Positions 48,514 to 60,755 of a stretch of DNA of 64,000 bases are shown in pieces (the stretch's first letter is position 1; every line of letters begins with the position of its first letter). The position numbers and the translations under genes were made by a program. This DNA is from Fistulifera solaris (Eukaryota), in contig AP026154.1 of NCBI GenBank assembly GCA_030295235.1, forward strand, positions 62,001 to 126,000, given 5' to 3'. The notes under the pieces were generated by a model. That model saw only the letters and a list, made by a program, of their open reading frames with translations, was not told where the DNA came from and made no database searches.

Positions 48514-50103
48514 GATATTCAGCTGGAAAAGCGAGAATTTTAAGGAGTTACTTGTATGGAGAATGATCAAAGCATGACAAGCGGCGACAACAAGGATTAC
48601 CAGGTACAAGGCGAAACTATGGGAAGAACAAACAACACTCGCAATGCCGCGCTCCCACAAGGATGGGGATAAGTGGCTGCATGCGACACGGGACTGAAAT
48701 AAGTTGCCAAAAAAAGTCGTGTCGTAGGAACAATGCTGATCTCTTATTAGACAAGCAACAATCCTAGTTGCTCTGCGCGATTTGGGTCGAGTTATGAGTA
48801 AGGGTACACGACACCATCAATGGTTGGCAATGACATTAATATCGATACTCATGTCCGTGACTGAAGATTCTGGAAACGATCCTCACTTTTCAAACGTAAA
48901 TCTTAGCCCGGCTACTCAAATGAACACTTTTAAATTCATGTTTGCTTTTTTAAAGATTGTAGGAGTTGCAACTCACATTTTGATTTTAACGTGCTTTTGG
49001 CGAAAAGCCTCACGAGTGCTTTTTATAACCCACTTTCTAAAACCTCAAATTGTTTGTTTCACGACGCTCTCAAGACTGGATTTCGTCGTGTTCCCCAACA
49101 ACTTATTCACGCTAGACACAAATTTCATTATAGGATCTAGTTTAGTGCAAGATCCAAGCTTTCAAGTCCAGTTTTTGCTTCATGCTCTGATAAAAAAAAA
49201 AGCCAGAGCTTTATTTTTCTCTCTTCGTACCAGGTATCTTATTCGTCTTCGATTTTCTCTTGTTTCTTCGACGGAGTGCTGACTGCACTTTGCCACCGTA
49301 CACAGTGAAAGCATACATTGTGTAGATGGCTATTAACCCACTCAGTAAACAGTATGATTTACCGTTTGCAAGTACTTTTGTAAAAGGGCCTCCTGGCCAC
49401 AGTCCCTACAAAGTCGAAATTCAAAGCTCAAGAAAGAACATTTACGAAGGTATCGATAATCGATAATCGATAATGAATGATGAAGACGGAAAAACATGCA
49501 AGAGATAATCCCGAATGGCCTTTTCTGCTGCAATTTTTCTCTGAATCCGAGAAAAAGTGTTAGTGAAGTTTCCAGCAGGGTGAACTTTCAATAGAGTCAG
49601 TAAAAATTATTCACCTGTTCTTGTTCTACGTCGTTCATAGAAAAAAGTACTGATGTTAAATGTTAAATGTACGGTAATTTACAACTCTAAGAAGGATTGG
49701 AATAAAGCAAAAATCGAATCGAGAGAATATATTGCACATTGTACTTTTGTCGATATAGTGACATTTCTGCGACATGGACAAGCCATTTGCCGTCCCAGGA
49801 CAACTGAAACGTGCGATTTTTGACTTCCCCGCGGAGTTTCTCGCTTCTTGCTGACGGAGTAATAATCTTGAACCATCTTGACAAGACAAAAGGACAGAGG
49901 GCACAAGACAAACCAGCAGTGACAATTGTTTCGCTTTACGCCCATCCGCGTTAACAAATCGAAAACGAAGAATCACCACCGGGAAGGATATCGTCCTGAC
50001 AACGCAAAACCTCAAAGAATAATTTCTCATAACACTTTCTTGTTTTTATGGCTGTAGAATTGCCGAAACATATTCATTGAAAAGCTAAAGGGAAAGAAAC
50101 AAA

Positions 50104-51102
50104 ATGAATTTGGATCAAGGCAATCCGCCCCTCGATTCGTTGAACGAGCAACAAAAGCAATCCGATGCTCACACAGAAGACAAAGCGACCGCCAATGTCG
50201 ATTCCCAGAGTCGGAAAGATCCCTTCGGCGGCAAAAAGGTAAAAATGTCGTTCCCTGCGAAGCTTATGTGCATTCTCGAAGACCCAGACTTTCAACGTTG
50301 TATATACTGGAGCGACGAAGGGGAGGCGTTTTGCGTCCACCCAAACGTGTTTACAGAGAAGGTATTGGGCCCTTATTTTCAAGGGTCGAAATTCCACAGT
50401 TTCACGAGAAAGCTTAATCGGTTTCAATTCAAGCGTCTCATCGGGGATACTAGGTTTCCACCGGACGCGTTCGCCTTTCAACACAAACTCTTCGTCCGAG
50501 GCAAGCCGGAACTCATAGCAGGAATGAAGGAAGGATCGCGAAGTGCTTCGTCAGATAGTGCTTCCTCGAAGAAGCGAGGTATATTAAAGAATGCTGAAGA
50601 ACCACTCACCAGGATCATCACCGGAGCGTCCAATTTACAGCCTTCGGCTGCGGTGGCATCACTCGATTCCAGCACAGGAAGCGGTCTCGGCATGCCTCCG
50701 ACCAACGTCAACAGCGTAATGGCACAAGAATATCAACAGCATTTTGCAGGAGGTGCCTTGTCGGCTCTAGAAATGCTTCAGCAAAACCAGTTGCAGAGTC
50801 TCCTTCACATTCAACAACACAACACCCACCACCCAACATTCCCTATTCCGACGGGACCGAATCCAGAGTCTTTTCTGCGTCCAACGAACCCGAACAATCT
50901 AGCTCATGCTGATCATTGGCCTAATCTGCCACCAAATCAGATCAGCGGGCATCGGCCGCTGCTTTTACCGGCGGATGCGGATATTCTCCGCCTGTTGTCA
51001 AGCAATCAGCCGTCAGGAAATTCCTCGACGACCGACGTATCAGGTTCCAACGATGCTTTGCTGAACTATTTGCAACAGCAGTTGAACAATAGGCGCAATT
51101 AA
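50104..51102 (+). CDS. Heat-shock-factor (HSF)-type transcription factor
   Basis: FPAKLMCIL...IYWSDEGEAF...YFQGSKFHSFTRKLNRFQFKR...FQHKLFVRGKPEL is an HSF DNA-binding domain. Gln/Pro-rich tail. Confidence 0.93.
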   Translation: MNLDQGNPPLDSLNEQQKQSDAHTEDKATANVDSQSRKDPFGGKKVKMSFPAKLMCILEDPDFQRCIYWSDEGEAFCVHPNVFTEKVLGPYFQGSKFHSFTRKLNRFQFKRLIGDTRFPPDAFAFQHKLFVRGKPELIAGMKEGSRSASSDSASSKKRGILKNAEEPLTRIITGASNLQPSAAVASLDSSTGSGLGMPPTNVNSVMAQEYQQHFAGGALSALEMLQQNQLQSLLHIQQHNTHHPTFPIPTGPNPESFLRPTNPNNLAHADHWPNLPPNQISGHRPLLLPADADILRLLSSNQPSGNSSTTDVSGSNDALLNYLQQQLNNRRN

Positions 51103-51240
51103 ACGTTAATTTTTTATTAGTTAAGTTGTTTGATCACCTTTTCTCTTCCCTTTAGATTGTGTTTGTAGACTCGAACAAAGAACTTCTTCTTTGGGAGTAT
51201 CTATAGCTGACATTTAACTTCTATGGTTACGCACATCATG

Positions 51241-52332
51241 CTATTCAAAGCGCATGGACTTTAAAAACTCAACGGCATCATCATCGAGGGTCCGACGCAA
51301 GGTCCGCCAGTCTTCCAACTCCAAAGGGTTTTGCGGTCGTGAGCTAGAGGCAGCATCGGGATGAACCGCACTACCAGCAGCAGTAGCCACTGCATTCACC
51401 AAAGGTGAGTTACGGGGAAGGGCAAACTGATCGTTGTGAAACTCCATGTGGGCACGTCGATGATCGGTTCGAGGAGGCATGCCGGCGGCAGACTGGGACG
51501 CGAGGATATAGTTATGAAGACGAATCTGTTCTTGTTGTTGAATGCTGTGAATATCGCCGTAGTATGTCGGGGGTGCTGGGATTTGCTCGAAAGGAGAGAA
51601 GGATGTCACCGCTTGTGGGTAAGACGCTGCTGAAAAATATCCCGGCGGATAATTAATAATTTGTGGAACCGAGTGCGGGGACACATTCGTTTGCTGTTGC
51701 GCCTGCAACGCTTCGTAGTACTGATACGACGGAGGAATCTCTTCCGCAGCACTAGCTACTGGATGATTGCCTGCTTGAAACCAGTTAGCAGGATAGGGTT
51801 CGTCGGAGCGCGTCGTTTCCGGCAACGGCGGCGCTTCGACGATTCTTTCCTGCATCTCTTTCGCCTTTTTCAGCTGCTGTTCGGCTCTCCACTTAGCTAC
51901 TGCGCTTTCGTACACCTTTTTCTCTTCTTCTGCTTGCCGCAGAAAGGGCGCTTTCACGTCGTCGTCTAGGGTTTTCCATTTCTCGGCAATTGTCTTTGCT
52001 AAAACCTCAAATCCAAGTCCTTCTGAGATAAGTCTCTCTCTCTGATTCTTAAAGAAAAGATTATAAGCACTCAAAGGTCGCTTCGGCATGTCTTTAGGCT
52101 TCTTCCAAGGGACGGCAGGGGACTTTCGCTTCCGTTTTGGCGACACCTTCTCGTCAGCAAGAGGCAGCGAGATATCTTGACAGTTAAACGGTCGGGCTGC
52201 AACGATCGCATCATTGCTACTGTGTCGCACAACCAAACGTTCTTTGCTCCCATCGCTGTCGGGAGAGTTTATTATTTGGTCCATGTTCATCTGCAATGAA
52301 GGAGGGACTGATCGATTCGTTGTGCTGTTCAT
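51241..52332 (-). CDS. HMG-box protein
   Basis: KPKDMPKRPLSAYNLFF...GFEVLAKTIAEKWKTL...F...AEEEKKVY. Confidence 0.93.
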   Translation of the reverse strand: MNSTTNRSVPPSLQMNMDQIINSPDSDGSKERLVVRHSSNDAIVAARPFNCQDISLPLADEKVSPKRKRKSPAVPWKKPKDMPKRPLSAYNLFFKNQRERLISEGLGFEVLAKTIAEKWKTLDDDVKAPFLRQAEEEKKVYESAVAKWRAEQQLKKAKEMQERIVEAPPLPETTRSDEPYPANWFQAGNHPVASAAEEIPPSYQYYEALQAQQQTNVSPHSVPQIINYPPGYFSAASYPQAVTSFSPFEQIPAPPTYYGDIHSIQQQEQIRLHNYILASQSAAGMPPRTDHRRAHMEFHNDQFALPRNSPLVNAVATAAGSAVHPDAASSSRPQNPLELEDWRTLRRTLDDDAVEFLKSMRFE

Positions 52333-53212
52333 TGCTTCTTGTACTTGTCTTGGTTCGTTGGGGATTGTGTCGCTTAGTTTACGAACAACAAGGCTCGACC
52401 GTAACTGCGATACGTACTCTTATACAAAGTTCTGCGAGGCATTTGCTACGTGGGAGGATTGACGGAACAGTACGGAGTTGGCAGGGTAGCCTTCGCGGTC
52501 GGTGTTCGAACATTGAGTATTGGAGGGTTTTTTAGGATTACGAGTAAACAAGATAGAGGTGCGTCATTTTGCTTCAATTTCAGTAGATCAACAACCAACA
52601 AGGGCAACTACCATTCACACATCATACTATAAGTTAATGTGTAAAGATGGCTAAGATGGCTGTCTTTTCATGAAATGACTCTAAAGGGGTTATATAACCG
52701 AACTCCGTCGAACTTGGGGCATAAGCTTTGGGCAAGCTCAAGCAAGATTCCGTTGATATAGAAACTTGCTTTTAGAGGTGCGTCCTCCGCACCTGCCAAA
52801 TCACAGTAGAAAATTTGGGGACTTTACAGTTCCATTGAAGCACTCCGTTCCATGAGCGTTCCAAGACAGTGAGCGAAATTTTTACTACTCCGACTCTTGT
52901 AAATTTGCCAGGGAAAGACATTCAAATTTTAGATGCCTGCTGGCACTTCTGTCAATTGATTCTCGCTTCCTGTTTCTTGTTTCTGCCGTTTCGCAGAATG
53001 CAGGAACAGCAAGGAAAGAAAGAAGGAGAAATGCGTCTGTATGTCGTACGACACACATGATGAACCCGATCCCTTCGGACTTTCGTTACCAAGGATCGAA
53101 AGCTGAGAGCTTGAGGGAATGGGAGGAAATACCAACTTAGCTTTACGCCGAGATTCTAACAATCTATGTAATCACCATATATAAAAAAAGCCTCAATGAT
53201 ATCATAGATTGT

Positions 53213-53698
53213 CTATAGGAGTCGATTGAAGTTCTTTAAGGCGGTGTTAGGGAAATTGCAGGTGACACCGCAATCGCTAGCTGCCGTCGATCCATAGAGA
53301 ACTGCATAGCAATCAAACGCCTTTCCTGGCTGAATACGGCAACTTTCAGCATTGTCGGAAAGAGCATCTGTGTCATCACAATCCCAGTCAAAACTCTCTT
53401 CCTTTAGGTAATTCCGCGCAGCATGCAAAAACAGTTCTACATCTCCTGTTGTGCAATCCGCAATGCAAAAACACTCTTGCGTGCCCGCTCCTCCTTTAAG
53501 TACATATTCACTCCATTTGCCAGCTTCCAAATCAATCGTTAATTCTTTTCCTCGTTCTAACTCGGGAACATTGTTTCGAGCTCGTCCCGAGAAGAAGAGA
53601 TTTCGGGGATCGCGAGGGAAGATATCCTCATCCCAGAGTGCGGTTGTAGGAGCCACAAGTAGCCACAAGAGCGATGCAATCAAAGAGGAAGGATGCAT
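53213..53698 (-). CDS. Small secreted Cys-containing protein with a PPC-like domain
   Basis: Signal MHPSSLIASLLWLLVAPTTA. RNL motif. GDVELFL...WDC...NAESC resembles the bacterial pre-peptidase C-terminal pattern GDADLYV...YDC...NNESC. Confidence 0.7.
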   Translation of the reverse strand: MHPSSLIASLLWLLVAPTTALWDEDIFPRDPRNLFFSGRARNNVPELERGKELTIDLEAGKWSEYVLKGGAGTQECFCIADCTTGDVELFLHAARNYLKEESFDWDCDDTDALSDNAESCRIQPGKAFDCYAVLYGSTAASDCGVTCNFPNTALKNFNRLL

Positions 53699-54241
53699 GA
53701 TGGTTGTGTGGTGATTATTGTGTTTGTGAGAGAATCTGTGAATATTGTGTGTTGGAAAACGTTGAGGACGAGGAATCGACTTATAACAAGTAAATCGAAG
53801 ACATACTACGTGTTCTGTAGAATGGAGGGAGGGAAATTCAACGGAACAACTCGTCCGTTGGATTGTGACAGCAGTCGCCTGAGTTTGTGAGTCCCGAATG
53901 TCTTTCGTCTACACAAAAACAATATACTCTGTCATGAATGACGTTTACAAAATGTCCCACGCTCCGCCATTCACCATGACCCAAAAAGCAACTTGAATCT
54001 CGGATGAGGCGCGGGCATGTTCCTCTAGAGCAGCTTGATAATTGCAGTCCACTATTATTGACTAGTTTCTCCGTATCATACTTATTGCTCTTTTCCTCTT
54101 CTTCACTGGTAATACTATCGACGTACAAGTAAATTGTTGCTAGCACCTTAGCAAGCACCGCGGAAGAGAGGGTTCATTCTCTTCAAGAAAAGAAACAAAG
54201 CAGCAGAGCACAGAAGTTCTTTGATAACCACAAGAAGCAAA

Positions 54242-55464
54242 ATGGCTGTTCTTAACATTGCCACGTAAGTTCTAAGGATGCATTTCTCAGAATAGGACTG
54301 TCTCTTAAGCCTATTCCTTACAATGATTTTATTCGCTTTTCATCATTTCACAGTATTTGGCTTCTCATTTGGACGGTGAACAATATCGGCGTCACTTTAC
54401 TCAACAAAGCGGCGTTTGCTACTGTTCATTTTCACTATCCTTACTTTCTCAGTGCAATTCACATGCTTTGTAATTACTTGGGAAGTGTGTTGGTATTTTG
54501 GTCGTTGGATCGAACAGCCAAGGGCAGCGGTAACTGGGTTACCAACTTGCTCGGCAAAGACGTGCATCGACAGACTCTCGACGCCAAGGGACGTAAACTC
54601 ATTTTGGCGTTTTCGGTCATTTTCAGTCTCAACATTGCGATCGGGAATGTGAGCCTCTCGTATGTGTCTGTGAACTTCAATCAAGTCCTCCGCAGTTTAG
54701 TGCCCGCTATCACCATTGCCATGGGAATGTGTCTCGGAAAGACGTTTAGTTCGAAGCGACAACTCGCGGTCGTACCGATTATCGTCGGGGTCGCCATGGC
54801 GACGTTTGGTGACATGAGTTACACTGCCTTGGGATTTTGTTACACCGTCGCCTGCGTGTTGCTGGCGGCTCTCAAAGTCGTCGCTTCGGGAGAAATGCTC
54901 ACGGGCAGTTTGAAGTTGCATCCCGTCGATCTCTTAGCTCACATGGCCCCACTGGCGTTAATACAGTGTCTGGTATTGAGTGTTCTCACGGGAGAGCTCA
55001 CTGATATTATGCGTCGCTGGCCGGTCGATTTGGGTCCCTTTTCTCCCGCGGGTGTCTATCCGATGCTCGTCGTCTGGCTGTCTGGTTTCTTGTCCTTTTC
55101 TTTGAATATCTGCTCCTTGCAAGCGAACAAACTGACATCTCCATTGACACTCTGTATTGCAGCCAATGTCAAACAAGTGCTCATGATCGCCTTTTCTACA
55201 GTCGTGTTTCAAACCGAAATCACGGCATTGAATGGAGCCGGAATTCTGGTGGTTTTGGCAGGATCGGCCCGGTATTCGTATGTCTCTGTCATGGAAAAGC
55301 AAGGAGCCGACAAGGCATCCAAAACAGAGGACAGAAAGGAAGATGTCGATGTCGAACAACAAAGTCTGCTGTCTTCAAGAGAAGAAAACAACAAAAATGA
55401 GAGTGAGATGGTACCCGTAGCTACTCCGTCCAAGCGTGGTTTCATGAGTTTCCGACACAATTGA
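54242..55464 (+). CDS. Triose-phosphate/nucleotide-sugar transporter family (TPT/SLC35E-like); intron 54265-54353
   Basis: LLNKAAF...[33 protein letters not shown] and [15 protein letters not shown]. Multiple TM segments. The GTAAGT...CAG intron links the ATG at 54242. Confidence 0.92.
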
Positions 55465-55883
55465 CACAAACTTAGTATATAAGACAGTTTTCATATCAGA
55501 TTTTAATAATTTGATTCTTCGGGTGAAATGCATAGTCGTAGACTCGTTGGATGCAAGAATCCTCCCTGTCATTGGATGAAGGAAAATGAGGCCGAGAACG
55601 TCGCGGGACTGGATTACGGAACCGACAATTGAGGAGTGAGTACTTGGCACAAGTCCCTGGTAGCCTGGTAGTACAAGAATTCTTTTAACTTTGAACCAAT
55701 ACGCTCTCTTTTTATGGCGCGCGCTCATCGTCGACGCATCACCTGCATTTTTGTGCACCGCTAATAAATATTTTTTTTTGCAACGCGCTTCTATTCGTTG
55801 TCTTTCATTATTACACAATCAACTTCTCAAGCTTTATACTTCGTATCTTGATCCGGCTGTTAAACCCTTTTTACTGGTGAGAA

Positions 55884-56943
55884 ATGGCTGGGGAAGATGA
55901 TTCGGATAAATTTTCTGATGAGGATGATATTCAAACGATGATGCAGAAAAATTCGCGCAAGCGTTACCAGGAAGAAGAGGAGGATGAAGATGAAGAAGAA
56001 GAGGACGACGATGCTTCTTCGACAGCGTCTAGCAGAGACGGTGCACCTCAAATGTCATTTCTGGAAACGATGCAACTGATGAAAAAGCAAAAAGAAATGA
56101 AGCGTTTGAGTTTATTACAAGATGATGACGACGACGACTCGGACGATGACATTATCGTCGCCGAAAAGGATACATGTCCTCCTCCTGCTACTACCGCTGC
56201 TGCTGTACCACCAGCCGCCTCGAGACCTATTGTGACACTGGATGATTCATCCGATGAAGACGAAGCCACACAACAACGCGTCAAGCAGTCACTGATGATG
56301 ACGGATCCTTCGTTACAGAGATTACAACACGCACGTCTCTTAGCGCAAAGCAAAGGCGGTGATCACACACAAATTTTGGAAGAGCAAGCTGAATATTACG
56401 CCACTCAACATGCCCATTTGACGCGGAGAACTTACTTTGACATTCAGCCCATCTGGAATGCTCCTTCGGAGGCCTTGCAGAAATTGCCGCCTATCGTACG
56501 CGTGAAACGGACGCCCGAGATGGCGCAAGTGCATCACTTGACGGCACAGTTGTTGAAACAACTGGAATTCAAACGCGCGGAGCATTATACGGTAGCCTTG
56601 CGTCTCGATAATCGCTTGTTGGGTGGGCACGAGCTTGTTTCGAAATTGAAGAATGGCAATTTGCAAGCCGTATTGTATCACGATGGTGTAATGCTGAAAA
56701 AGGCTGCATCTGTGCCCAAGAAAAAGATGATACGCTTGACTGTGCGAAGTCCGGACGGAAAAAAGCGAGCAAGTTTTTCAAATAGGAGAGTCCGATCAGT
56801 TTTCAGAACTCATGGAGCAGTATTATCAGAAGAATCAAGTACGTGTTACCCTGCACTTTGATGGCGAAACCTTGCGACCAAATCAAACTCCCAAAATGAT
56901 GGACATGGAGGACGAAGATTTGATTGATTCAAGATCAGCATAA
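55884..56943 (+). CDS. Rad60/Esc2/NIP45-like protein with C-terminal SUMO-like domain; frameshift at A6 56759-56764
   Basis: Acidic N-terminus with a SIM-like IVTLDDSSDED. Removing one A gives IRLTVRS...LHFDGETLRPNQTPKMMDMEDEDLID, a SUMO-like fold signature. Confidence 0.78.
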
Positions 56944-57176
56944 TGCAAATCGTACCCTCTAAAGTACACCTCAATATCTCATTTAAAATTCTTATCTCGT
57001 CCCCTTCGAGTTTGCTATTTGCCACAGATGACCCTTCAATGTCTTCACGAGACTAATTTGGAAATAATCTATAGCCAATACTGATCTATGAAGAAGCTGG
57101 TGTAGCGTCTTTTTATTATGTAATGAATTAGGGGTATGGAAAATTGCTGGAAACAAATATCAAAACAAACTCGACG

Positions 57177-57755
57177 TCATAAAAGTGGGTGTTCTGCCAC
57201 TTGCGCGTCGCTTTGCGCGAGCTTGAAGGCAAAAGAACGCGAAGTACTACTCCATATCCGACTGGCGGAGCGCAAGAGATGGTCATCCTGAGTAGTTTGT
57301 TGTAGCTCCAGTACACTCTCAATCGTTTTTAGTCGCTGGTGCTGCAAGCGTCTGCACAGAAAAGTCTCGTAACCTCTTACTGTTGATTTCGCGAGCGAAG
57401 ATAAGACGGAAGGCTCGACCTTGTTGCTGTCTTGTTCATTGTCTAGCAAGCTTTCAAGAGCTTGAAGGAAAGGGTCCTTTTCCCGGAGAACATCCTCAAC
57501 TTGGGTTTTTCGTTCTGATTGAAATTTCTCGTAATCAGCTTTGGAATAGTACAATTCTTCCTTATCGACCAAGCTCGTTGCCGCAGTGTATTCATGAATT
57601 TTTGGTGATAAAGCATCGAAGCGAATCATACAAAAATCAGAGCCCAGTTCGGTGAGACTGCAATCTGTTTCAAGTGTTCGTTCCGAGTGCTTGGTGGGCC
57701 CCCTTTGTCGACGCTTTGCGCCATGCTTCTTCGCAAACAAGAATTGTTTCCACAT
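57177..57755 (-). CDS. Diatom-type hypothetical protein
   Basis: 192-aa ORF with the IRF...ELYYSKADYEKF...RGYE...FAFKLAQSDA pattern common in an expanded diatom family. Confidence 0.7.
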   Translation of the reverse strand: MWKQFLFAKKHGAKRRQRGPTKHSERTLETDCSLTELGSDFCMIRFDALSPKIHEYTAATSLVDKEELYYSKADYEKFQSERKTQVEDVLREKDPFLQALESLLDNEQDSNKVEPSVLSSLAKSTVRGYETFLCRRLQHQRLKTIESVLELQQTTQDDHLLRSASRIWSSTSRSFAFKLAQSDAQVAEHPLL

Positions 57756-58738
57756 GATGCTACAATGTATTTTTATGAGAAGAGGAGCAGCGCGTCAAAA
57801 CTGAGGAGACGGCAAAGTGACTGCGGTTTTTAGAGTCAGAAAAGGTGAACGGTCAACAATGAACAATGAACACTGCTCAGAGGCAAGATGATGAATGATA
57901 AGAGAAATAAGAAAAGTCTTTTGAAACGTTGGCACAATTACGTCACACTACTGATTCTCACAGCGGCAATCGGCAATTTATGCACAAGGAAATGTCCAAC
58001 GACAGGAGTCTACACACACTGCCTGTCACACGAAATGATGAATACATCAAATTGTACAATGTTCATTCGACGTTTAATGTCTTACGGTAACGAGTATCAA
58101 CAGGAAAAAGGATGCATGAATGAATGATAAGACAAGGTTGAAATTTATTGAAACAATTAGTACATTCCATAGTGTTCCAGTGTCGAACCAAAATAAAATC
58201 TAAGTCTAGAGGGTCTAGGCGGTATCATTCCATGAATGGATTCAGTCAGGAGTCGTTTTAGTACACGTAAGCCTGAGCAACGTGTATTAGTTCAATTCTG
58301 CAAAGCCCATTACGTTGTATTAGCTAAAAAACGATCCAGCCATCTCAGTATTTAACTCTCAATCGAACGAAGGTTGAGTTGGAATTGATGAAGAGGTGAT
58401 GATAGCGCGTCTCGGGCAGAATCGCGATGGGATTGATGTTGTTGTTTGAATTGAATCTATTCGTTTTTAATGGCCGTGATATTCTGATTGTATTTGCAAG
58501 CTATATTTGTCATGATCTCTTCCTTACTCATCGAAAATCTTGCTATGCGATGCCATTCTTTCGAAGGTTAGTTTTCGACGACTTTCACCAAGACTGAAGT
58601 AAGTCATGAACCACAAGGAAGGTCGTGGTCGCATCGCGTCTCGCGTCGTGAAGGTCGCAACTCGCAACCCCGCCGCAACAAGCTCGCAACAAGGATGTAC
58701 GATGATGCGCAAACACAATATGCATTGACGAGACAACA

Positions 58739-59572
58739 ATGGCAGCTCTATTGATCCTGCTCTTTTGGGTTTCCTCGCTTCTAATAACGCCCCTTGAAGC
58801 ATTATCGAATTTTTACACGCAAGTCATCAGTGATGTCGATGATACACTCAAAAGCAGCGGAGGACTCAATGTCGCGGGGGTTGCTTTAGGGGGCGTTGAT
58901 GTACAGTACGAAAGAGGGGTCGTCTATCCGGGTGTCGCCGAATTTATGTTTCAGTTGAGCAGCAACAACGTTGCTACACCGGCAAAAGTGGCCATACTGA
59001 CGGCGCGAGCGGAAGAATTCAAAGCCGCGCTGGAATTAAAGGCATCCAGCTCCCTCGCACGCAAGTTTGCGCAAGCGGGAGAACGGGCTGGTGTATCCGG
59101 ATGGGGAATCGGACCCGTACTCTATGGAAGTGTAGCGGAGTGGGTGATTCAGGATCGTAAAGGGCTACGAAAATTTACCAACTTTGAACGACTCTTGCAG
59201 CAAGACCCAACTGGGGAAGTACTTCGTTATGTTTACGTGGGCGATACTGGAGAATTAGATCAGCAAGCGGCAGAAACCATGCTTAGGGAATATCCAGAAA
59301 TTGTGCAAGCGGTGTTTCTACACGTAGTATCGGGGGAGTTGGGTGATGTTTTTATCCCACCTCCCAAATTGATCAACGGACGGCCCGTCATCTTTTTTCG
59401 CACCTACGTAGGTGCCGCGTTGGCAGCCGTTGAACTGGGTTTAATGCCACGAGAAGGACTTGTGCAAGTCATTGACGCTTCTGTGCTAAGCCTAGCCGAT
59501 GAACCGCGGTCCAGCGACAAATGGAAGGACCTAGAAGTAGACATGGAGCGTGCAGTGATCGTTTTGAATTGA
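58739..59572 (+). CDS. APP1-like HAD-family phosphatase (phosphatidate phosphatase-like) with signal peptide
   Basis: VISDVDDTLK (DxDxT), ILTAR and YVGDTGELD. Confidence 0.82.
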   Translation: MAALLILLFWVSSLLITPLEALSNFYTQVISDVDDTLKSSGGLNVAGVALGGVDVQYERGVVYPGVAEFMFQLSSNNVATPAKVAILTARAEEFKAALELKASSSLARKFAQAGERAGVSGWGIGPVLYGSVAEWVIQDRKGLRKFTNFERLLQQDPTGEVLRYVYVGDTGELDQQAAETMLREYPEIVQAVFLHVVSGELGDVFIPPPKLINGRPVIFFRTYVGAALAAVELGLMPREGLVQVIDASVLSLADEPRSSDKWKDLEVDMERAVIVLN

Positions 59573-60065
59573 GAGTCTGGCTGTTGGCTTCAAATGATCC
59601 ACGGCGGCGCTCTTCTTCCCCGAGGACAGTGCGGCAATTGATGATTGCTTCTACAGATGTCGATCAAAGCGTTTTGATCTACGCAGTTGCTGCTTTCGTT
59701 TGCCTCTTTCCCGTAAATCATGCTATTGGAAGTGACGGATGACATTCTTGCAGCAAAGTTGATACTAAGTAACAATGTGGTGTTGTTGTTCACACTCGTG
59801 ATTCGTGTTTGATTTATTCGAGGCGACATAGAGCTGTGCCCGATTTTTTACATTTTCCAGTGGCACTGTTTCGTCGTCAAACCTTCTTCGCGATGATTCA
59901 ATTATAAGTAAATAACGTCGGCGTTTGAGTTGTGATAAGTTTTCGTCGCAGTGGATGCTTCAAAATTAACCAAGACGAGAAGCTTGTGCATTGAAGATGA
60001 ATGTCAAATTGCTAGCAATTATTTTTACACACTAGAGTAATGCATTCGTTTTGCTGATCGTTTGT

Positions 60066-60755
60066 TCAGGCTGCAGCTGCGCATTCAGTTATGTAGACGC
60101 TTTCAATGTGGTCATTGAGCTCTTCAACTAGTTCGAAAAGGTCATCAAATTGCTCGTTAGCGTCTTCGCACGTTGGGAAAGCGAATAGGATCCCCGATAG
60201 AGCCACCATTTTGTATAAAGCTAGCTGTCGAATGAGAAATATCTCTTCTTCTTCGTGAGACAGTTGATTCAGAGTTTTTAATGATATTTTGAAAAACGCG
60301 GACGATTGTCCGAGGTGATCTCTTTGGTGATAAATATCTTTCGTTTGACTGGCAGCATAAAGGTGGGCTATGCCAAGGTTGATGACGATGATGGCTGCTT
60401 GAATAGTATGGTTGCTGTAGTGCATGGTCCGGACGTCGCATATCCGGATTGCGTATAGCTGATGAAAATCGAAGTGCAATGAACTAATTGCTTGAAATGA
60501 AGAAGTGAGATCCCGTATCGAAATGTCTTTGCTGCCGGACTTTCGGTGAGCTTCACAAGCCACGAGGGGCGGTACGTCCATGGAGGATAAGTGTCGGTCA
60601 CCGATCGCAACCTTGGGGTCGACCGCATGTTGTAGAACCCTCGTCGCGCAGAGAAAAGTGTCGATCGCTTTCGCGTAATATCCATGCTCAAGAAAGTTCA
60701 CGCCCGCATTGTTGAAGGCGATGGCCGATCGTGAAATTGGTTCAGCTTCCGGCAT
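60066..60755 (-). CDS. TPR-like hypothetical protein of a diatom-expanded family
   Basis: AFNNAGVNFLEHGYYAKAIDTF, AAIIVINLGIAHL and a C-terminal CAAAA. Confidence 0.7.
   Translation of the reverse strand: MPEAEPISRSAIAFNNAGVNFLEHGYYAKAIDTFLCATRVLQHAVDPKVAIGDRHLSSMDVPPLVACEAHRKSGSKDISIRDLTSSFQAISSLHFDFHQLYAIRICDVRTMHYSNHTIQAAIIVINLGIAHLYAASQTKDIYHQRDHLGQSSAFFKISLKTLNQLSHEEEEIFLIRQLALYKMVALSGILFAFPTCEDANEQFDDLFELVEELNDHIESVYITECAAAA

Noticed and set aside
48782..50030. ORFs upstream of the HSF gene
   Set aside because: AT-rich with non-ATG or weak starts and no domain, so likely intergenic or promoter DNA.
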